A DNA stretch of 64,000 bases from the NCBI GenBank assembly GCA_023248155.1, contig JAHFFE010000003.1, forward strand, positions 108 through 64,107. The letters run 5' to 3'. Positions 58,743 to 64,000 of the stretch are shown piece after piece. The position numbers and the translations under genes are program-made. The notes under the pieces are model-generated. The model made no database searches. It saw nothing but the letters and a program-made list of their open reading frames with translations, and was not told the DNA's origin. This DNA comes from Candidatus Omnitrophota bacterium. Its GTDB lineage: Bacteria > Omnitrophota > Gorgyraeia > 1-14-0-20-64-10. The first letter of the stretch is position 1. Every line of letters begins with the position of its first letter.

Positions 58743-60314
58743 TTGATCCCGGAGGCCGTTAAAGCTGTTATCGGGAACCCCTTTTTGGCGCGCGAACGAA
58801 TCGCGTTGGCCGCCAGTGAGGGGTTTTCTGTTTTAAACGAAGAAGATCTCTTTTTACTGCAGTGGTACGGCCTCTTTCCGCAGAAAGACGAACCCGATCT
58901 CTGGGTGTTCCGTTTCATGCCTCCGATGGGCCAGCTGGCATCGTCCCAGTTGAAATGGTTTTCGAAGAAACTTCCATCCACGGCATTCCTTAATTTAACA
59001 GCGCGCCAGTCGGTTCAGGTTGAGGGGATCGCTTCAAAAGATTTGGAGGACTGGTTGTCGGAATCGGAAGCGGCCGGTTTGTTCGCGCGAGGCGCCGGCG
59101 GCGACACGGTTCGTAATATCGTGACCTGTCCGGTGGCCGGTCTCGATGGACGGGAATTGTTCGATGTGTCCGGCCTCGTTCGCGATCTGTCCGTGCGATT
59201 CCACCGCAATCCCGACTTCGTTAATCTTCCCCGGAAATTAAAAGTCTCCATCGCCGCTTGTCCGGAGCAATGCCAGCAGCCCGAAATTCATTGCGTCAGT
59301 TTTGTCGGCGCGCTGCGCGAACAGGATGGTGAGAAACTGCCGGGTTTCGATCTTTGGGTCGGCGGCGGCTTAAGCGGTTCCGTCGCGTTTGCCCAACGAT
59401 TGGGCGGCTGGCTTCCGGCCGATCAGGCGGTTCCGGTACTGGAAGCGATTGCCGGAATCTATCGTAATTCCGCTGATTGCCGCACGAACCGCGACCGCGC
59501 GCGCCTTCGCCATTTAATCGCCGATTGGGGAATAGAGCGGTTTAAAACGACATTGCAGGAGAGGCTCTCATTTCCGTTGGAAGATGTGCCGGTGCCGGTT
59601 GATCCGCTCGAATCGGTCCGTGATCATTTGGGTGTTCGGGAAGAGAAAGAATCCGGATTTTTTTATGCCTCTGTTTTTGTGCCGTCGGGCCGCTTAACGG
59701 TTCCGCAGTTAAAAAAACTGGCTGATATCGTTGATCGTTACGGTGACGGCACCGCACGTGTCACTCCGCGCAAAAATCTGATTATTCCGCATCTGCTGCA
59801 GGAACGGGTCGCGCAGGTTCTGGAAGGACTTGATTCCGTCGGATTAAAAACGCAGGCCTCTTCGCTGTTGCGCGGAATGAATGCGTGTCCCGGCGCCGAT
59901 TCCTGTACGCGCGCGCAGGTCCATACACGCGGCCGCCTGGAAGAATGGTCTTTGTATTTGAAACAGCAGGTTTTATTGAGCGAACCGGTATCGATCCATT
60001 TTTCCGGATGCCAGGCGCAGTGCGCGCAGGATGCCGTTGCCGGCATCGGCATTCAGGGCCGGTCCTCGTTGGTCGACGGAAAACCGGTTGAACTGTTTGA
60101 TTTATTCGCGGGCGGACAATTAGGCGCCCGCCGCCGCTCGGCCGAACCGGTCGCGCATGATCTTCCATCCGATCAGGTTCCTTTGGCGATTGAACGGTTG
60201 TTGATGCTCTATAAAAAAAAGCGCCAGCCGGGCGAATCGTTTTCCGATTATTGCGCCCGCGTGGGCGTGCCGTTGTTAAAAGAAGCGGCGGTTCCTCCGG
60301 TGGCGGCCGAATAA
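58743..60314 (+). CDS. Ferredoxin-dependent nitrite/sulfite reductase family (siroheme) protein
   Basis: TARQ, RNIVTCP, LPRKLK, C-x5-C...SGC-x3-C; start uncertain. Confidence 0.8.
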   Translation: MIPEAVKAVIGNPFLARERIALAASEGFSVLNEEDLFLLQWYGLFPQKDEPDLWVFRFMPPMGQLASSQLKWFSKKLPSTAFLNLTARQSVQVEGIASKDLEDWLSESEAAGLFARGAGGDTVRNIVTCPVAGLDGRELFDVSGLVRDLSVRFHRNPDFVNLPRKLKVSIAACPEQCQQPEIHCVSFVGALREQDGEKLPGFDLWVGGGLSGSVAFAQRLGGWLPADQAVPVLEAIAGIYRNSADCRTNRDRARLRHLIADWGIERFKTTLQERLSFPLEDVPVPVDPLESVRDHLGVREEKESGFFYASVFVPSGRLTVPQLKKLADIVDRYGDGTARVTPRKNLIIPHLLQERVAQVLEGLDSVGLKTQASSLLRGMNACPGADSCTRAQVHTRGRLEEWSLYLKQQVLLSEPVSIHFSGCQAQCAQDAVAGIGIQGRSSLVDGKPVELFDLFAGGQLGARRRSAEPVAHDLPSDQVPLAIERLLMLYKKKRQPGESFSDYCARVGVPLLKEAAVPPVAAE

Positions 60315-60315
60315 A

Positions 60316-61425
60316 ATGAAAGCGGTGGTAATCGGCGGCGGATTGATCGGATTGGCGGTGGGGGAAGAGCTGGTTCGGCGCGGCGTCGAAGTGGATTTAA
60401 TTGAACGCGGAGAATTCCTGGGCCAGGAATCATCGTCGGCGGCGGCCGGTATTTTAACTCCACAGGGTGAGGCCGAGAAGCCGGGCGCCTTCTTTGAACT
60501 GGCAAAAACATCGTACGGATTATTTCCCGAGTTGATGGCGCGCTTAAAAGCATTGACGCCGCTCGATACAGGTTACGCAGTCCCCGGACTTCTGGCCGTT
60601 GCTTTTTCCGAGGAAGAAGCAGCTATTTGGAACCAAAAAGCGGAATGGCAGAAAGCGCAGGGAATTGCATGTGAGTCGTTGACTGAGCAGAAAGTTCGCG
60701 CGCTCGAGCCGCGGCTGGGCAAATCCATTTCCGGTATTTTATGGCCGCAGGCGGCTGTGGTCGATCCGGCGGCGCTCGTGCAAGGCTGCGCGAAATTATT
60801 TGAAGCGCAAGGCGGGCGGATTCATTGCTCCACGGTAGTCACCGGCGTGTTGGCGCAGGCGCGGCAGGTGTACGGCGTCTCCACCTCGCACGGCCGCTTT
60901 GAAGGCGATGCCATCATCAACTGCGCAGGCGCCTGGGCCGGGTTCGAACGGCATTTCCCGATTTCGGTTCCGTGCAAACCGGCGCGCGGCCAGCTTCTGC
61001 AGTACGAGACCGATTCGCCCTGGATTTCGCGCATCATCTATTCATCCAACGGGTATCTGGTTCCGCGGTCGGCCCATCGCCTGATTGCCGGAAGTACGGT
61101 AGAATATGTAGGGTTTGACAAGCAGGTGACGGAGTCTTCCACGCAGTCCATTCACGAGCGGGCGGTCCGTTTGGTTCCGGATATTGCCCATCTTTCAATG
61201 GAAGCGGCGTGGGCAGGATTGCGGCCCGATACTCCGGATCATCTGCCGATTTTGGGTGAAACCGATTGGCAGGGACTCTGGATGGCGACCGGGCATTTTC
61301 GCAGCGGGATATTGCTGGCTCCCGTGACGGCCCGTTTAATCGGCGACGCGCTTCTGCGTGGAAAGACCGAAGTGGACCTGTCGGAATTTCGCCTGAGCAG
61401 GTTTAATAATATAAAAAAGGAGTGA
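60316..61425 (+). CDS. thiO: Glycine oxidase ThiO-like FAD oxidoreductase
   Basis: GGGLIG, SSAAAGIL, WAGLRP.TPD.LP, ATGHFRSGILLAP. Confidence 0.8.
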   Translation: MKAVVIGGGLIGLAVGEELVRRGVEVDLIERGEFLGQESSSAAAGILTPQGEAEKPGAFFELAKTSYGLFPELMARLKALTPLDTGYAVPGLLAVAFSEEEAAIWNQKAEWQKAQGIACESLTEQKVRALEPRLGKSISGILWPQAAVVDPAALVQGCAKLFEAQGGRIHCSTVVTGVLAQARQVYGVSTSHGRFEGDAIINCAGAWAGFERHFPISVPCKPARGQLLQYETDSPWISRIIYSSNGYLVPRSAHRLIAGSTVEYVGFDKQVTESSTQSIHERAVRLVPDIAHLSMEAAWAGLRPDTPDHLPILGETDWQGLWMATGHFRSGILLAPVTARLIGDALLRGKTEVDLSEFRLSRFNNIKKE

Positions 61426-61430
61426 TTGAG

Positions 61431-61994
61431 ATGATTCGCGTAGGAGATACCTTGCCGGAACTGGAGTTGGATGCTTTTGTTAATGACGAAATCAAGAAAA
61501 TCAAACTGTCGGATCTAAAGGGGAAGTGGGCCGTTTTTCTGACCTATCCGGCCGATTTCACCTTTGTTTGTCCGACGGAACTTGAAGAAGCCGCTGATTT
61601 GTATGAAGCCTTCAAGAAGGAAGGCGCCGAATTGTTAAGCGTCAGCACCGATACGGCCTATGTTCACAAAGCCTGGCACGATGTCTCGCCGGCGATCAAG
61701 AAGGTCAAGTATCCAATGCTGGCCGATCCATCGGGCCGGTTATGCCGCTTGTTCGGAACTTACCGCGAAGAGAACGGTCTCTCAATTCGCGGCACATTCA
61801 TCGTTGATCCGGACGGCGTTTTGAAGGCCGCCGAGTATCATGACAACAGCTTTGGCCGCAGCACGCCGGAGACTCTGCGCAAGGTTCAGGCCGCCAAATT
61901 TGTGCGCGAGCACAAGGGCGAGGTTTGTCCTGCGAAGTGGACGCCGGGCGGGAAGACGCTCAAGCCGGGTATTGATCTGATCGGCAAGATTTAA
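61431..61994 (+). CDS. ahpC: Typical 2-Cys peroxiredoxin
   Basis: YPADFTFVCPTEL, GEVCPAKW; AAGGAG SD before ATG 61431. Confidence 0.92.
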   Translation: MIRVGDTLPELELDAFVNDEIKKIKLSDLKGKWAVFLTYPADFTFVCPTELEEAADLYEAFKKEGAELLSVSTDTAYVHKAWHDVSPAIKKVKYPMLADPSGRLCRLFGTYREENGLSIRGTFIVDPDGVLKAAEYHDNSFGRSTPETLRKVQAAKFVREHKGEVCPAKWTPGGKTLKPGIDLIGKI

Positions 61995-62020
61995 GCGTTA
62001 AATTGTTGTAAAATAATAAG

Positions 62021-62042
62021 AATAAGCCGGTTACGGCTTATT
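62021..62042. terminator. Possible terminator hairpin between convergent ahpC and lipoate ligase
   Basis: AATAAGCCG-GTTA-CGGCTTATT 9-bp stem in an AT-rich convergent junction. Confidence 0.4.
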
Positions 62043-62741
62043 TGCGCGGGTTTGAGCCAGGCGCGTAATCTCTTCATCCGGAGGGATGATGCCTGGCTCA
62101 ACTGCGTTCCAGCAGGCCGCGATTGCCGATTGAATTTGAGCGGATGAAAGCGGCAGGTTGATCAGAAATTCAGGATGCGGCCGGCTTTTGCGGTATTCCG
62201 GTTGTTTGGGCGGCAGACGCAGATACCGCTCGATCGCTGCCAGATCGAAGCCGTAAAGAAAAGTGCCGTGCATCAGAACAACGTTTTTGAGCCGGCGCTG
62301 GGCGTTGCCCGAAAATTTTTTACCATCGAGTGTTAAATCACTCAGGCCGTCAATCTGAATGCGGCTTCCGGTCAACAGAGGGGCCAGGGCTTGTTGATGA
62401 TTCTTGAGCACCCACTGGTTGGTGCGGGTGATGCCGTCAAGTTCTTTGGAAACAGAAGTAGGAATGATCAGCGAATAGTTGAGGCATCCGGGACCCTGAA
62501 GCACGGTCCCTCCGCCGCTGCGGCGCCGAACCACCGGGATTTTATCGTCGGAACAACGGTCGAGGAACAGTTCGCGCGCGGCATCGTTGGAAAGGCCCAG
62601 TACGGCAAACGGAACGGGTGATTCCCATAACCGTAAAATGCCGGAGCCGGGAAGCAGGCCGCGTGAACAGCGGTCAAGCAGCCATTCGTCGCAGGCAAGA
62701 TTTTCGTCAGGTGCAGCGTAACCGATTCGCAACAATCGCAT
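62031..62741 (-). CDS. Lipoate-protein ligase family protein
   Basis: NLACDE, VVRRRSGGGTV, KKFSGNAQ, HGT; start at MRLL. Confidence 0.88.
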   Translation of the reverse strand: MRLLRIGYAAPDENLACDEWLLDRCSRGLLPGSGILRLWESPVPFAVLGLSNDAARELFLDRCSDDKIPVVRRRSGGGTVLQGPGCLNYSLIIPTSVSKELDGITRTNQWVLKNHQQALAPLLTGSRIQIDGLSDLTLDGKKFSGNAQRRLKNVVLMHGTFLYGFDLAAIERYLRLPPKQPEYRKSRPHPEFLINLPLSSAQIQSAIAACWNAVEPGIIPPDEEITRLAQTRANKP

Positions 62742-62754
62742 GGTTTTATTATAG

Positions 62755-64000
62755 ATGACACGAAATACGCCGTATATCAATACCATTCCTGCAGAGCAGG
62801 AGCCCCCGTATCCGGGCGATCGCGAGATCGAGCGGAAGATCAAGAGCTATATCCGCTGGAACGCCATGGCGATGGTGGTTAAAGCCAACCGCACCCACAG
62901 CGACCTGGGCGGGCATATCTCCACGTATGCGTCATGCGCCACGCTCTACGAAGTCGGGTTCAATCATTTCTTTCACGGCGGCGAGGGCGGCCGGCCGGCC
63001 GATATGGTTTTCTTTCAGGGGCACGCTTCTCCCGGTAATTACGCGCGCGCTTATCTCGAGCGGCGTCTCGAAAACACTCAGCTTCATAATTTCCGCCAGG
63101 AATTAGCCGAAGGCGGCGGGCTTTCATCCTATCCTCATCCGTTCTTGATGCCGAATTTTTGGCAGTTCCCGACCGTCTCGATGGGTCTGGGTCCGATCGT
63201 CTCCATTTATCAGGCTCGCTTTAATCGCTATCTGAAAGCCCGCGGTTTCCTGAAAGAGGAAGAACCGAAAGTCTGGTGTTACATTGGCGACGGTGAAATT
63301 GACGAGCCGGAATCGCTGGGCGCTTTAACATTGCCGGCACGTGAACAACTCGATAATTTAATCTGGGTCGTCAACTGCAACCTGCAGCGTCTCGACGGTC
63401 CGGTCCGCGGCAACAGTAAAATTATTCAGGAACTCGAAGGGTTGTTCCTCGGCGCCGGCTGGAATGTGATCAAGGTCGTCTGGGGTTCCGGCTGGGACGC
63501 GCTGTTGAAGGCCGACAAGAGCGGACTGCTGATCAAGCGGATGCAGGAAGCGGTCGACGGCGATTATCAGAAATATTCAGTCGAGCCGGGCAGCTACGCA
63601 CGCACCCATTTCTTCGGAAAATATCCGGAACTGTCCGAGCTGGTGATGCAGATGACCGATGATCAGATCCATAAACTGATGCGCGGCGGACATGATCCGA
63701 TGAAAGTCTATGCCGCTTACAAAGCCGCCGTTGAATTCAAAGGCGCACCCACCGTAATCCTGGCCAAGACCGTGAAGGGGTACGGCCTCGGTGAAGCGGG
63801 TGAAGGCCGCAACATCACGCACCAGCAGAAAAAGCTGAACGAAAAAGAATTACGCGAATTCCGCACGCGGTTTAATATTCCTTTGAGCGACGAAGAAGTG
63901 GTCGACGCGCCGTTTTACCGCCCGGCCCGCGACAGCGCCGAGAACAAATATTTGATTGATCAGCGCAAAAAACTGGGCGGTTTCTTGCCGGCCCGAAATC
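62755..64000 (+). CDS. aceE: Pyruvate dehydrogenase E1, homodimeric type (runs off the window end)
   Basis: [54 protein letters not shown]; not in the ORF track because no stop falls in the window. Confidence 0.93.
   Translation, partial: MTRNTPYINTIPAEQEPPYPGDREIERKIKSYIRWNAMAMVVKANRTHSDLGGHISTYASCATLYEVGFNHFFHGGEGGRPADMVFFQGHASPGNYARAYLERRLENTQLHNFRQELAEGGGLSSYPHPFLMPNFWQFPTVSMGLGPIVSIYQARFNRYLKARGFLKEEEPKVWCYIGDGEIDEPESLGALTLPAREQLDNLIWVVNCNLQRLDGPVRGNSKIIQELEGLFLGAGWNVIKVVWGSGWDALLKADKSGLLIKRMQEAVDGDYQKYSVEPGSYARTHFFGKYPELSELVMQMTDDQIHKLMRGGHDPMKVYAAYKAAVEFKGAPTVILAKTVKGYGLGEAGEGRNITHQQKKLNEKELREFRTRFNIPLSDEEVVDAPFYRPARDSAENKYLIDQRKKLGGFLPARN

Noticed and set aside
1-64000. CRISPR array, tRNA, rRNA, integrase or DDE transposase
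   Set aside because: None recognised by inspection; the many antisense ORFs in the track are shadows of GC-rich real genes.

Overview
Bacterial chromosomal window dominated by energy and cofactor metabolism. It carries thyA-folA, a split complex I (nuoA-B-C-D-EF-G-H-I on +, nuoJ-K-L-M-N on -, convergent around a small AT-richer island with a HigBA-type TA pair), split transketolase, folB/queD/queC, sdhCDAB, mqnD, trxB and glpKD. A second complex-I proximal module (fused nuoBCD, nuoI, nuoA, nuoH) is followed by a ferredoxin and a nitrite/sulfite-reductase-like gene, then ahpC, a lipoate ligase and the 5' part of aceE. Three things stand out. (1) A 290-bp element with perfect 19-bp terminal inverted repeats and a 6-bp target-site duplication encodes only a small GIY-YIG nuclease. 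It sits exactly at the overlapping nuoK-stop/nuoL-start junction and regenerates the start codon and translational coupling on both sides. (2) Three dispersed large secreted proteins share a grammar: signal peptide, LR motif, G[LMFQ]EE-delimited cargo modules, then a ~130-160 aa C-terminal domain ending in Ala. This suggests a modular polyprotein or effector system; the style recalls Omnitrophota large proteins (inference). (3) Two complete tandem c-di-GMP-I riboswitch + terminator units control a small secreted acidic protein. Many genes also look leaderless. All family calls are from motif recognition, not database searches.
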